Positions 8,564-18,975 of a DNA stretch of 64,000 nucleotides are shown one piece after another (within the stretch, counting starts at the first letter, position 1; the number at the start of each line of letters is the position of its first letter). The stretch lies in the NCBI GenBank assembly GCA_036500145.1, contig DASYCO010000077.1:18294-82293 (forward strand), read 5' to 3'. The notes beneath the pieces are model-generated. The model was not told where the DNA came from, searched no databases, and was given only the letters and a program-made list of their open reading frames with translations. The translations under genes and the position numbers were made by a program. The stretch comes from Alphaproteobacteria bacterium. GTDB lineage: Bacteria > Pseudomonadota > Alphaproteobacteria > SMXQ01.

Positions 8564-11500
8564 TTGGGCCATACTCCTGCCATGAGCGCCTTCGTGGACT
8601 TGCCGACGCTGGCCAAGACGGGCAACGCGCAATGGAGCGCCGTCGAGGCGGCCTACCGGGCGGATGAAGCGGCCTGCGTCGCGGCCTTGCTGCGCGCGTC
8701 GCCGTTCGATCCTGCCGCCACGGAACGCGTCGCCACGAAGGCGCGCGAGCTGGTCGCAGGCGCCCGTGCGCGCAAGGACCAGGCGGGGCGCATGGACGCC
8801 TTCCTGCGCGAATTCGGCCTGTCGAGCCGCGAAGGCGTGGCGCTGATGTGCCTCGCCGAAGCGCTGCTGCGGATCCCCGATGTCGACACGGCCGACCGCC
8901 TGATTCGCGAGAAGCTCGCCGACGGCGACTGGGAGCGTCATCTCGGCAAGAGTGAATCGCTGCTGGTCAACGCCTCGACCTACGGCTTGATGCTGACCGG
9001 CAAGCTGGCGCATTGGGGGAACGGCGATGAGGGCGATCTCTTCGGCCTCTTCCGCCGCCTTGCGGCACGCAGCGGCGAACCCATCGTCCGCGAAGCGGTC
9101 GGTGCGGCCATGCGCATCCTTGGCCGCCAGTTCGTCATGGGCCGCACCATGGACGAGGCCATGGAACGGGCGCGGGCGCAGATGGCGCGCGGCTACCGCC
9201 ACTCGTTTGACATGCTGGGCGAGGAAGCCAAGACCCAGCGCGCCGCCGACCGCTATTTCGAGGCTTACCGCAACGCCATCGCCGCGCTGCGCGGATTGGC
9301 CGGCGGCGACCTGGCCAGCGCGCCGTCGATCTCGGTAAAGCTGTCGGCGTTGCATCCGCGCTACGAATGGGCGCAGGGAGACGTTTGCGTGCCCGCTCTG
9401 GCCGCGCGTCTGCGCGCGCTGGCGTCGCTGGCGCGCGAAACCGGCGTCGCGCTCACCGTGGACGCTGAAGAGGCCGACAGGCTATTGCCGTCGTTGGCGG
9501 TGTTCGAGCAGGTCGCTGCCGATCCGCAGCTGAAAGGCTGGGACGGGCTCGGTCTCGCCGTGCAGGCCTATCAGAAGCGGGCGCCGGCGGTGATCGATTG
9601 GCTGGCCGACCTTGCGCGGCGCGCAGGCCGGCGCATCCCGGTGCGTTTGGTCAAGGGCGCCTATTGGGACAGCGAGATCAAGCGCGCGCAGGAGCGGGCG
9701 TTGGCCGGCTATCCCGTCTTCACCCGCAAGGCCTCGACGGATCTGTCCTATCTCGTCTGTGCCGCCCGATTGTTCGCTTCGCCCAGGGCCTTCTATCCGC
9801 AGCTCGCCAGCCACAATGCGCAGACCGTCGCGGCGGTGCTGGAACTGGCCGGCGAATTGGGAAAGGGGCCAAAGCGCCCGTTCGAATTTCAGCGGCTGCA
9901 TGGCATGGGCCGGCCGCTCTACGGCCAGCTGGTTGGGCCTGACGCGCAGGGCTATCCCTGCCGTGTCTATGCGCCGGTCGGCAGCCATGAAGATCTGCTG
10001 CCCTATCTGGTGCGTCGCCTGCTCGAGAATGGCGCCAACAGCTCCTTCGTGCATCGGCTGAGCGACGAAGACCTGCCCATCGAGCGGTTGACCGCCGATC
10101 CCGTGGCGACGGTCCGCGCGACGTCGCCGGTGGCCCATCCTGGAATTCCCTTGCCGCGGGATCTCTATGCGCCGACGCGGCTGGCGAGCTTTGGGGTCGA
10201 TCTCTCCGACCCAGCGGCATTGCGCCGCTTGGCCGACGAGATGGCTCGGGCCCTCGACAAGCCATGGCAAGCCGCGTCCTTGATCGACGGCAAGGCGCAA
10301 GATGGCCCGACGCATGCAGTGCGTGATCCGGCCGACCGCCGGCGCATCGTCGGCGCGGTCGCTCCGGCGACATTCGACGACATGCAACGCGCCTTGGCGG
10401 CAGCGGTCGCAGGGCAGCGGGCGTGGGCGATGCGGTCTGTCGCGGAGCGCGCGGCGATCCTCGAAGCCGCCGGCGACCTGGTCGAGCGCGACCGCGCGGC
10501 CTTGATGGCGCTCTGCGTGCGCGAGGCCGGCAAGACCTTAGCCGACGCAGCGTCGGAAGTGCGTGAGGCGGCGGACTATTGCCGCTATTACGCCGCCGAG
10601 GCGCGCCGCAGCCTTGCGACGCGCCCCTTGCCGGGGCCGACCGGCGAGGAGAACCGGCTGGAGATGCACGGACGCGGCGTCTTCGCTTGCATCAGCCCAT
10701 GGAATTTTCCGTTGGCGATCTTCACCGGCCAAGTCGTCGCGGCGCTCGTGGCCGGCAATGCGGTGATCGCCAAGCCTGCCGAGCAGACGCCGCTGGTCGC
10801 CGCGGCGGCCGTGCGGCTTCTGCATGAAGCGGGCATCCCTGCCGGCGCGCTGCATCTGCTGCCCGGCAGCGGCAGGACCATCGGCGCGGCGCTCGTCGCG
10901 GACGCGTGCATCGCAGGCGTCGCCTTCACCGGTTCGACGGAAGTCGCCAAGGGCATCGCCCAGGCCCTGGCGGCGCGCGACGGCGCGCTGGCGCCGCTGA
11001 TCGCCGAGACGGGCGGGCAGAACGCGATGATCGTCGACTCTTCGGCCTTGCCCGAACAGGTGACGGCCGATGTCCTGGTTTCGGCCTTTCAGTCGGCGGG
11101 CCAGCGCTGCTCCAGCCTGCGCGTGCTGTTCCTGCAGGAAGACATTGCCGATAGATTAATCGCCATGCTGGCGGGCGCGGCGGCGGAACTGGTCGTCGGC
11201 GATCCGGCGCGGCTGGCCACCGATGTCGGTCCCATGATCGACGAGCAGGCGCGCGACGCCATGGAGGCGCATGGCCGCCGCATGGCGGCTGCCGGCCGGC
11301 TGCTGTTTCAGGCGCCGCTTAGTCCCAGCGCCGTCCAGCAGGGCGCGTTCTTCGCGCCGCGCGCCTACGAGATACCCTCGCTCGACCTGCTGACGCGCGA
11401 GGTGTTCGGCCCGATCCTGCATGTGATTCGCTGGCGGGCGGGAGAGCTGGAGCGCGTCGCGGACGCGGTCGCCGCCACGGGCTACGGCCTGACGCTCGGC

Positions 11501-11767
11501 ATTCACAGCCGCATCGCCGAAACGGCCGAGATCGTCCGCGCGCGGCTCGGCGTCGGCAATTCCTACGTGAACCGCAACATGATCGGCGCGGTGGTCGGCG
11601 TGCAGCCGTTCGGCGGCGAAGGCCTGTCGGGCACGGGGCCGAAGGCGGGCGGTCCGCATTACCTGCCGCGCTTCGCGCTGGAGCGCACGGTGACGGTGAA
11701 CAGCGCAGCGGCCGGCGGCAATGCCGGCCTGCTCAGCCTCGACGACGAAGGCGGGAAGACGCCCTAG
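8564..11767 (+). CDS. putA: Bifunctional proline dehydrogenase/L-glutamate gamma-semialdehyde dehydrogenase PutA
   Basis: About 1060 aa. PRODH TIM barrel followed by an aldehyde dehydrogenase domain (catalytic Cys in GQRCSS, ETGGQNAMIVD-type motifs). No N-terminal RHH DNA-binding domain. The start may be the ATG at 8582. Confidence 0.9.
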   Translation: MGHTPAMSAFVDLPTLAKTGNAQWSAVEAAYRADEAACVAALLRASPFDPAATERVATKARELVAGARARKDQAGRMDAFLREFGLSSREGVALMCLAEALLRIPDVDTADRLIREKLADGDWERHLGKSESLLVNASTYGLMLTGKLAHWGNGDEGDLFGLFRRLAARSGEPIVREAVGAAMRILGRQFVMGRTMDEAMERARAQMARGYRHSFDMLGEEAKTQRAADRYFEAYRNAIAALRGLAGGDLASAPSISVKLSALHPRYEWAQGDVCVPALAARLRALASLARETGVALTVDAEEADRLLPSLAVFEQVAADPQLKGWDGLGLAVQAYQKRAPAVIDWLADLARRAGRRIPVRLVKGAYWDSEIKRAQERALAGYPVFTRKASTDLSYLVCAARLFASPRAFYPQLASHNAQTVAAVLELAGELGKGPKRPFEFQRLHGMGRPLYGQLVGPDAQGYPCRVYAPVGSHEDLLPYLVRRLLENGANSSFVHRLSDEDLPIERLTADPVATVRATSPVAHPGIPLPRDLYAPTRLASFGVDLSDPAALRRLADEMARALDKPWQAASLIDGKAQDGPTHAVRDPADRRRIVGAVAPATFDDMQRALAAAVAGQRAWAMRSVAERAAILEAAGDLVERDRAALMALCVREAGKTLADAASEVREAADYCRYYAAEARRSLATRPLPGPTGEENRLEMHGRGVFACISPWNFPLAIFTGQVVAALVAGNAVIAKPAEQTPLVAAAAVRLLHEAGIPAGALHLLPGSGRTIGAALVADACIAGVAFTGSTEVAKGIAQALAARDGALAPLIAETGGQNAMIVDSSALPEQVTADVLVSAFQSAGQRCSSLRVLFLQEDIADRLIAMLAGAAAELVVGDPARLATDVGPMIDEQARDAMEAHGRRMAAAGRLLFQAPLSPSAVQQGAFFAPRAYEIPSLDLLTREVFGPILHVIRWRAGELERVADAVAATGYGLTLGIHSRIAETAEIVRARLGVGNSYVNRNMIGAVVGVQPFGGEGLSGTGPKAGGPHYLPRFALERTVTVNSAAAGGNAGLLSLDDEGGKTP

Positions 11768-12396
11768 AAGGCATCCTTGATGCCGTCGATGACGTACTGC
11801 ACGGCGAGAGCCGCCAGCACGATGCCGAGCACGCGGCCGATCACGTTGGTGCCGGTTTCGCCGAGCAGCTTGGTCATGCGGTTGGCGGCGAGCAGCACGG
11901 CCAGCATGATCGCCATGACGAGAACCAGCGCGGCCAGCACGGCGCTCTGCAGCAGCAGGCTGTGGCCGGCGCGGCCCATCAGCAGCACCGTCGAGGTGAG
12001 CGCGCCGGGGCCGGCGATCAGCGGGATCGCCAGCGGAAACACGGAGATGTCGCGCTTGTGCTCGGCCTCGATCTCCTCGCGCTCGGTGGTGCGGCGCAGG
12101 GGCGTCCCGCGCGCGAACAGCATGTCGATGGAGATCAGCAGCAGCAGGATGCCGCCGGCGATGCGGAAGGCGGCGATCGAGATGCCGAGCCCGCGCAGGA
12201 TCAGGTCGCCGGCGAAGGCGAAGATCAGCAGGATCGCGAGAGCGAGCAGGGAGCCGCGCAGGGCCATCAGGCGGCGATAGTCGGCGCTCTCGCCGCGCGT
12301 GATGGCGATGAAGGTCGGCCCCATGCCCGGCGGGTCGAGGACGACGAAGAAGGTCACGAAGGCGGTGAGGGCGATGTCGAGCAGCGCGGGGGTCAT
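11764..12396 (-). CDS. MarC-family (UPF0056) membrane protein
   Basis: 210 aa with 6 TM segments. N-terminal MarC signature FFVVLDPPG. 4-nt convergent overlap with putA. Confidence 0.75.
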   Translation of the reverse strand: MTPALLDIALTAFVTFFVVLDPPGMGPTFIAITRGESADYRRLMALRGSLLALAILLIFAFAGDLILRGLGISIAAFRIAGGILLLLISIDMLFARGTPLRRTTEREEIEAEHKRDISVFPLAIPLIAGPGALTSTVLLMGRAGHSLLLQSAVLAALVLVMAIMLAVLLAANRMTKLLGETGTNVIGRVLGIVLAALAVQYVIDGIKDAF

Positions 12397-12462
12397 GGCG
12401 TCAGTCTAATCCCGCGGCGCGGGGCGGCCCAGGGCTTTAGCGCTGGACATGCCGCTCCGTGC

Positions 12463-13488
12463 TCACTTGCTCCAGGATGCAAGCGCGGCTTCGAGCCGGG
12501 CGACGTCGCGGGCCGCCGGCAGGCCGAAGCGCAGCCAGTCGGGCTGTTCGGCGAAGGTGCGCGTCAGGATGCCCTGGCGGCCGAGATGGTCGTACAGGGC
12601 GGCGGCTTGCGGATGGCGGACGAGCTGGAACAGCGGCGCGCCGCCGGCCGAGGCGAGGCCGGCGCGGCGCAGCAGGCCGGCGAGGCTCGCGCTTGCCAGC
12701 GCCAGGCGCTCGCGCGTGTCAGCCGCCCAGGCACGGTCGGCCAGGGCCTGGGCGCCGATGGCCTGCGCCGGACCGCTCACCGCCCAGGGGCCGAGCGCCT
12801 CGCGTAGTCGCGTGGCCAAGTCGGTAGGGGCGAGGGCGAAGCCGAGGCGTAGTCCCGCCAGGCCGTAGAACTTGCCGAAGCTGCGCAGCAGCACGAGTCC
12901 GGCCATGCCGGCGCGGGCGGACAGGCTGATCTCGGGCTCGGCGTCGGCGAAGGCTTCGTCGACGACGAGCCAGCCGTCGCGCGCCGCGAGGTCGTCGGCC
13001 AGCGCCAGCAGCGTCTCGGGCGCGATGCGCCGCCCGTCCGGGTTGTTCGGGTTGGCGAGCACGACGACTTGCGCCGCCGCGGCCGTCGCCAGTTCGTGGA
13101 TGATCGTCACTTCATGGCCGGCGGCGCGCCAGTTCGGCGCATACTCGCCGTAGGTCGGCGCCAGCACGGCGACCTTCGCGGGCGGCAACAGGCGCGGCAG
13201 CCATTGCAGGATCGCCTGGGTGCCGGGGGCCGCTACGATGGCGGCGCGTTCGCCGACGCGGTAGCAGCTGGCGGCGGCGGAGATCAGCGCGTCCTGCATG
13301 GCCTGCTGCGGCAGGCGATGCCACAGCGCCGGGTCCAGCGGCATGAAGGGGTAGGGCTGCGGATTGATGCCGGTCGAGAGGTCGAGCCAGCCGCCGGAAA
13401 TGCCGTTGCTGGCGGGGCTGCCGAAGCGCGTGGCCGCGCCGGCGAGGTCGCCGCCATGGACCGGCAGGTCGTCCGGTGCGTCGGTCAC
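12463..13488 (-). CDS. cobD: Threonine-phosphate decarboxylase CobD/CobC (class I/II aminotransferase fold)
   Basis: HGGDL N-terminus; the PLP lysine is in SFGKFYGLAGLRLG; aminotransferase I/II fold. GTG start overlaps the upstream MFS stop (GTGA). The supplied 710-aa ORF is a chimera of this gene and an out-of-frame overlap with the MFS gene. Confidence 0.75.
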   Translation of the reverse strand: MTDAPDDLPVHGGDLAGAATRFGSPASNGISGGWLDLSTGINPQPYPFMPLDPALWHRLPQQAMQDALISAAASCYRVGERAAIVAAPGTQAILQWLPRLLPPAKVAVLAPTYGEYAPNWRAAGHEVTIIHELATAAAAQVVVLANPNNPDGRRIAPETLLALADDLAARDGWLVVDEAFADAEPEISLSARAGMAGLVLLRSFGKFYGLAGLRLGFALAPTDLATRLREALGPWAVSGPAQAIGAQALADRAWAADTRERLALASASLAGLLRRAGLASAGGAPLFQLVRHPQAAALYDHLGRQGILTRTFAEQPDWLRFGLPAARDVARLEAALASWSK

Positions 13489-14741
13489 GTTTTGAAGCCA
13501 GGGATGCGGCGCAGGATGAGCGCGATGACGGCGCAGCCGCCGATCAGCAGGGCTCCCATGATCCAGAAGCTGTCCTCGATGCTGGTCCATTCGACGATGT
13601 AGCCCATCATGGTCGGCACGATCATCGTCGCCAGGCGGTTGGAGGTGGTGCGCAGGCCGATGCTCATGCCCTGCTCCTTGCGGCTGACGGCGCGCGAGAG
13701 CACGGCGAACATGACCGGCTGGGCGAGGCCCTGGGCGCTGCCGCGGAAGCTCGACGCGATCAGCAGCAGCACGAAGATGCCGCCGAGATAGGGCGTCACC
13801 GCGATGAAGAACAGCGACAGGGCGATGAAGATCAGCAGCACCCAGTGGGGCGCCATCAGCTTCTCCATCGGCTTGGCGATGAAGGAGCCGAACATGCCGC
13901 CGCCTTCCGACATGGCGAGCAGGACGCCGATCAGCGTGCCGGTGTAGCCGATGCCCTGCAGGTAGACGACGTAGAACGAGCCCTGCATGGACGAGGAGGC
14001 GATGCGCAGAAAGGTGACGGCGACGACGAAGGCGACGGCAGGGATCGCCATCATGGCGAAGGCCTGGACGTAGTCCCTGAAGCGCGGCACCAGGTCGGAC
14101 ATGCGGATCGGCGGCGGATTGTCGACGAAGTCGGCGTCGGTCAGCCGCGCCGGCACCATGTAGGTGCAGACGACGACGCCGAGGCCGATCAGGCCGCAGA
14201 ACATGAAGGCGCCCCAGGCGCCGACGACGTCCCAGATCGCGCCGATGACGATGGGGCCGGACACCGTGCCGATGCGGGTCGCGAAGCTGAACTTGGCGAT
14301 CAAGCCGGTGTTGCCGCGCCCGAACTGCACGATCAGCGCCTGGGCGCCCATCCAGCTGACGTTGTTGGTGTAGCCCGACACCAGCTGCAGCATGAAGAGC
14401 GCGACGACCCAAGGCAGCATCGGATAGAGGAACATGGTGGCGGCGCCGAGGACGGCGAAGATCAGCGTGATGCGCCGCGTGCCCAGGCGGTCCATCATGG
14501 TGCCGCCGTGGATCGACAGGATGAAGGGAATCAGGCCGCCGGCGCCCATGGCGAGGCCGATGGCGCTTGGCGACATGCCGAGGTCCACCGCCCACAACGG
14601 CACGATCACCTTCATCATGATGACGAGCGCGGTCGTCGTCAGGCCGACCATGTAGGTGGCGTAGAGCGCGCGGGCAGGGATGTGCTTTTGCGCCTCGATC
14701 TCCTCTGCGGTGATCGGCGTGCCGTCGGCGGGACTCGTCAT
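13485..14741 (-). CDS. MFS transporter
   Basis: 12 predicted TM helices with MFS loop motifs. Start taken at the internal ATG (MTSPADG) because the upstream 51 codons are Arg/Pro-rich and non-genic in character. Confidence 0.7.
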   Translation of the reverse strand: MTSPADGTPITAEEIEAQKHIPARALYATYMVGLTTTALVIMMKVIVPLWAVDLGMSPSAIGLAMGAGGLIPFILSIHGGTMMDRLGTRRITLIFAVLGAATMFLYPMLPWVVALFMLQLVSGYTNNVSWMGAQALIVQFGRGNTGLIAKFSFATRIGTVSGPIVIGAIWDVVGAWGAFMFCGLIGLGVVVCTYMVPARLTDADFVDNPPPIRMSDLVPRFRDYVQAFAMMAIPAVAFVVAVTFLRIASSSMQGSFYVVYLQGIGYTGTLIGVLLAMSEGGGMFGSFIAKPMEKLMAPHWVLLIFIALSLFFIAVTPYLGGIFVLLLIASSFRGSAQGLAQPVMFAVLSRAVSRKEQGMSIGLRTTSNRLATMIVPTMMGYIVEWTSIEDSFWIMGALLIGGCAVIALILRRIPGFKT

Positions 14742-14847
14742 CGGTGCTGTCGGTCCCCCTCGGACCAACGACGCGGCTTGCCGGCGATGAGCCGGCGACC
14801 GCTTGTCATGATGTGTGAAAAGACGAGCGAATCGTAGTCCAGCCCGG

Positions 14848-14888
14848 CCCATAAAGCAAAGGCCCCGCCGGTCTCCCGGCAGGGCCTC
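14848..14888 (-). terminator. Intrinsic terminator of the tctC-like gene
   Basis: Minus-strand hairpin GGCCCTGCCGG-AGAC-CGGCGGGGCC followed by TTTGCTTTATGGG, just 3' of the stop at 14916. Confidence 0.6.
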
Positions 14889-14915
14889 TCCCATGCGTCA
14901 CGTCATGCGGAACGC

Positions 14916-15938
14916 CTACTTGATGGCGGCGTCGACCTTGGCGATGACCTCTTTCGGCGTGGCGTAGACGGTCTTGATCAGCGCCTCGAGCTCGGCGCCG
15001 CTGACCGGCTCGACGTCGAGCTGCTGCTTGGCGGTCTCGGCGAGGAATTCCTTGTCCTTCATCGTGTCGTCGAACGCCTTGCGCAGCGTGGCGAGCACGC
15101 CGGGCTGCAGGTCGGGCGGCGCGATGAAGGGGCGGCCGATGGTCTGGCCGGCGTAGAGGAATTCGAGTTCCTGGCGATGCTCGGCGCTGACCTTGTCGAG
15201 CAGGAAGGGCGCCTTCACGGCCGGGTTGGCCTTGGACGATGCCTGGAACAGGATCTTGAACTTGCCGGACGCGATGGCCTCGGCGTCCTTGCGATAGAGG
15301 CTGGAATAGCTTTCGCAGATGCCGAACACCTCGCTGCGCTCCATGGCGAGCTGCACGTCGGTCGAGGACGGATAGCCGCCGACGACCTTGAAATGCGCGC
15401 CGATCAGGCCGTTGAGGGCCTTCGGGTAGATTTCCGTGCCGGTGCCGGCGCCGGTGCCGCCGATGATCAGGTCGCCCTTGTCGCCCTTGAGCAGGTCGTC
15501 GAGGGTCTGGACCTTGGACTTGTCGGTCGCCATGCAGACGCTGGTTTCGCCGATGGGGCTGCCGATCCAGCCGAACTTGGTGGCGTCGAACTGCGCGCCC
15601 GTGCCGCCGGTCAGCGGCTGGGTCGCCGTGTCGCGCGCGATGATGCCGAACACGGTGCCGTCCTTCGGCGAGTTGGCGTAGATCGTGTTGGCGGCGGTGA
15701 GGCTGCCGGCGCCCGGCATGTTCTGCGGCACGAAGCTCGGGTTGCCGGGCAGGTGGCGGCCCATGTGGCGGATCAGCACGCGGGCGTACTGGTCGTAGCC
15801 GCCGCTCGGCCCGAAGCCGATGATCATGCGGATCTGCTTGCCCTTGAAGTCGACGTTCTGCGCCGAGGCCTGCGTCGCCAGGACGATGGGCATGGCGAGC
15901 AGCGCGAGGCCGGCGAAAGCCAGACTGCGAGTCTTCAT
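14916..15938 (-). CDS. Tripartite tricarboxylate transporter substrate-binding protein (TctC/Bug family), orphan
   Basis: Signal peptide; motifs KQIRMIIGFGPSGGYDQYAR and VPQNMPGAGS align with the Bug-family RPIRLIVPFAAGGTTD / VVENRPGAGG motifs. No tctAB adjacent. Confidence 0.65.
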   Translation of the reverse strand: MKTRSLAFAGLALLAMPIVLATQASAQNVDFKGKQIRMIIGFGPSGGYDQYARVLIRHMGRHLPGNPSFVPQNMPGAGSLTAANTIYANSPKDGTVFGIIARDTATQPLTGGTGAQFDATKFGWIGSPIGETSVCMATDKSKVQTLDDLLKGDKGDLIIGGTGAGTGTEIYPKALNGLIGAHFKVVGGYPSSTDVQLAMERSEVFGICESYSSLYRKDAEAIASGKFKILFQASSKANPAVKAPFLLDKVSAEHRQELEFLYAGQTIGRPFIAPPDLQPGVLATLRKAFDDTMKDKEFLAETAKQQLDVEPVSGAELEALIKTVYATPKEVIAKVDAAIK

Positions 15939-16123
15939 TTCGTGATGTCTCCCCTTATTGGTGCATCCCTGTCAGATGCCGGTGTTAAGCTTCTTTTGCG
16001 GGGAGTTTGGCAGCTTGCCCATGGGCCGTCGAGGACGTTGGCTGTGCAGGAAACGGCACAGATTGCGGGCGTTTTCTCCACAGTTCAGCCTCAATTGGCG
16101 GTTAAGAATCACGGAAACGCGCC

Positions 16124-16582
16124 ATGGCCTACATCCTTCTCGCCTTTCCTGTCTTCATCCTCGTCTGGCTCCTGACCAACTGGATCGCCAACGCGAACCC
16201 GGCCCTGTTGGTCAAGGCCGTCCGCTGGACGCTGATCGTCCTTGTCGCGGTGGCCCTGGGCGCGATCGCCTGGTACGGGCGCTACCTGCTCGCCGCCTAT
16301 GTGCTGCCGTTCCTGATCCCGGCCCTCATCCGCTGGCGCCTGGGCGGCGGTGGCCGTCCGGGCGGCCCGAATCCCGGGCCGGGGCAGCAGCGTCCCAGGC
16401 CGCCTGGCGGCATGAGCCGCGCCGATGCCTATGCGGTCCTCGGGCTGACGCCCGGGGCCGACGAGGCGGCGATCCGCGAGGCCCACCGCCGGCTCATGGC
16501 GCGGGTCCATCCGGACAAGGGCGGGTCGGACTACCTGGCGGCCCAGATCAACCGGGCGCGGGATGTCCTGCTTGGCCAGTAA
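16124..16582 (+). CDS. J-domain (DnaJ-like) membrane protein
   Basis: Two N-terminal TM helices, a Gly/Pro-rich linker, and a C-terminal J domain (YAVLGL...HPDKGG with the HPD motif). Confidence 0.7.
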   Translation: MAYILLAFPVFILVWLLTNWIANANPALLVKAVRWTLIVLVAVALGAIAWYGRYLLAAYVLPFLIPALIRWRLGGGGRPGGPNPGPGQQRPRPPGGMSRADAYAVLGLTPGADEAAIREAHRRLMARVHPDKGGSDYLAAQINRARDVLLGQ

Positions 16583-16714
16583 TCTTGCCGAATCAACGAC
16601 TTTGTGTCACAAAACGCCCGCTTTCCAGCCATACCGTAGCGGCTTAATTTGCGGTGGCTCCCGGGGACCCGACACGACTATTTTCCCAAAAACGCAGCGA
16701 GTTTGGCACCCCTG

Positions 16715-17584
16715 ATGGCACATTCAGTTCGCAAGGCAGTCTTCCCGGTCGCCGGCCTCGGCACCCGCTTCCTGCCCGCCACCAAGGCGATCCCCAAGGA
16801 AATGCTGCCGGTCCTCGACCGGCCGCTGATCCAGTACGCGGTGGAAGAGGCCAAGGCGGCCGGCATCGAGCATTTCATCTTCGTCACCGGGCGCGGCAAG
16901 GGCGCCATGGAAGACCATTTCGACCGCGCGCCGGAACTGGAGCGCACCCTCGAAGCGGCCGGCAAGACCAAGGAGCTGAAGGCGCTCGCCGACCTGCTGC
17001 CGGAAGCGGGCAGCATTTCCTACACGCGCCAGCAGGCGCCGCTCGGCCTCGGCCACGCCGTCTGGTGCGCGCGCGAGTTCATCGGTGACGAGCCCTTCGC
17101 GGTGATCCTGCCCGACGACATGGTGAAGTCGAAGACGCCCTGCATCGGGCAGCTGATCGACGTGCACGCCAAGACCGGCGGCAACGTCGTCGGCGTCATG
17201 GACGTGCCGCGCGACCAGACCAACAAGTACGGCATCCTCGACGTGTCCTCGGACGACGGCAAGCTCGCGGCCATCAAGGGCCTGGTCGAGAAGCCGAAGC
17301 CTGAAGTGGCGCCGTCGACGCTCTCCATCATCGGCCGCTACATCCTGCTGCCCGAGGTGTTCGATCATCTCGGCCGCAAGGAGAAGGGCGCCGGCGGCGA
17401 GATCCAGCTCACCGACGCCATGGCCAAGATGATCGGCGGCAAGCCGTTCCATGGCCTGCGCTTCGAAGGCGAGCGCTTCGACTGCGGCAGCAAGATCGGC
17501 TGGCTCGCGGGCAACGTCGCCTTGGCCCTGGACGACCCGGAAGTTTCCGGCGCCCTCAAAGACTTCATCCGCACGCGTCTCTAG
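16715..17584 (+). CDS. galU: UTP--glucose-1-phosphate uridylyltransferase GalU
   Basis: VFPVAGLGTRFLPATKAIPKEMLPV nucleotidyltransferase signature. 289 aa from MAHSV. Confidence 0.9.
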   Translation: MAHSVRKAVFPVAGLGTRFLPATKAIPKEMLPVLDRPLIQYAVEEAKAAGIEHFIFVTGRGKGAMEDHFDRAPELERTLEAAGKTKELKALADLLPEAGSISYTRQQAPLGLGHAVWCAREFIGDEPFAVILPDDMVKSKTPCIGQLIDVHAKTGGNVVGVMDVPRDQTNKYGILDVSSDDGKLAAIKGLVEKPKPEVAPSTLSIIGRYILLPEVFDHLGRKEKGAGGEIQLTDAMAKMIGGKPFHGLRFEGERFDCGSKIGWLAGNVALALDDPEVSGALKDFIRTRL

Positions 17585-17616
17585 GGCGTGCCTTCACAGC
17601 GAGATAGGAAGACTCC

Positions 17617-18942
17617 ATGCGCGTCGCAATGATCGGAACCGGGTACGTCGGGCTCGTGTCCGGTGCCTGCTTTTCGGAGTTCGGTTTCGAAGTCGTCTGC
17701 GTCGACAAGGACGCCGGCAAGATCGAGCGCCTGAAGAAGGGCGAGATTCCGATCTACGAGCCGGGGCTCGACGACCTCGTGAAGAGCAACGTCGAGGACA
17801 AGCGCCTCAGCTTCACCACGGACCTCTCCGCCGCCGTGCAGGACGCCGACGTGGTGTTCATCGCAGTCGGCACGCCGAGCCGCCGCGGCGACGGGCATGC
17901 CGACCTCAGCTACGTCTTCGCCGCCGCCGAAGAGATCGCCAAGGCGATGAACGGCTACACGCTGGTCGTCACCAAGTCGACCGTGCCGGTCGGCACCGGC
18001 CGCCAGGTCGCCGAGGTCATGCGCAAGGCGCGGCCCGACGGCGACTTCGACGTCGCCTCCAACCCGGAATTCCTGCGCGAAGGCTCGGCGATCAACGACT
18101 TCATGCGGCCCGACCGCGTCGTCATCGGCGCCGAGACCGAGAAGGCCCAGGGCATCCTCAAGCGGCTCTACCGCCCGCTCTACCTGCTCGAGACGCCGAT
18201 CCTCTTCACCAAGCTCGAGACCGCCGAGCTGATCAAGTACGCCGCCAACAGCTTCCTCGCCGTGAAGATCACCTTCATCAACGAGATCGCCGACCTCTGC
18301 GAGAAGGTCGGCGGCGACGTCAGCGACGTGGCGCGCGGCATCGGCCTCGACGGCCGCATCGGCCGCAAGTTCCTGCATCCGAGCCCCGGCTACGGCGGCT
18401 CCTGCTTCCCGAAGGACACGCTCGCCCTGGTGCGCACGGCGCAGGACGCCGGCGCGCCGATGCGCATCGTCGAGACCGTCGTCGCGGTCAACGACGCGCG
18501 CAAGAAGGCGATGGCGGGCCGCGTCAAGGCGGCGGTCGGCGGCGGGGCGCTCGCCGGCAAGACCGTGGCCGTGCTCGGCCTGACCTTCAAGCCCAACACC
18601 GACGACATGCGCGACAGCGCCAGCCTGGAACTGGTGCCCGGCCTGCTGGCCGACGGCGCGTCCCTGCGGGTCTACGACCCGGAGGGCATGGACGAGGCGA
18701 AGAAGCTGCTGAGCGGCGACAAGATCGCCTGGTGCGAGAACGCCTACGACGCCATGAAGGGCGCGGACGTGCTCGTCATCCTCACCGAATGGAACGAATT
18801 CCGCTCGCTCAACCTCGACCAGGTGAAAAAGCTGCTCAAGCAGCCGGTCATCGTCGACCTGCGGAATATTTACAGCCCGGCTGAGATGACTGCCGCCGGA
18901 TTCCGTTATACGTGCCTCGGCCGCCCGGCAAACGCCGTCTGA
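17617..18942 (+). CDS. ugd: UDP-glucose 6-dehydrogenase
   Basis: N-terminal GTGYVGL Rossmann motif and the catalytic GGSCFPKD motif. 441 aa. Confidence 0.9.
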   Translation: MRVAMIGTGYVGLVSGACFSEFGFEVVCVDKDAGKIERLKKGEIPIYEPGLDDLVKSNVEDKRLSFTTDLSAAVQDADVVFIAVGTPSRRGDGHADLSYVFAAAEEIAKAMNGYTLVVTKSTVPVGTGRQVAEVMRKARPDGDFDVASNPEFLREGSAINDFMRPDRVVIGAETEKAQGILKRLYRPLYLLETPILFTKLETAELIKYAANSFLAVKITFINEIADLCEKVGGDVSDVARGIGLDGRIGRKFLHPSPGYGGSCFPKDTLALVRTAQDAGAPMRIVETVVAVNDARKKAMAGRVKAAVGGGALAGKTVAVLGLTFKPNTDDMRDSASLELVPGLLADGASLRVYDPEGMDEAKKLLSGDKIAWCENAYDAMKGADVLVILTEWNEFRSLNLDQVKKLLKQPVIVDLRNIYSPAEMTAAGFRYTCLGRPANAV

Positions 18943-18975
18943 TCCTCACAGGCGAAACGAACAGGAGACCACTCC

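Noticed and set aside
12463-14595. 710-aa minus-strand ORF
   Set aside because: Chimera: cobD is real up to its GTG start at 13488. Upstream of that, the frame runs out-of-phase through the MFS transporter gene.
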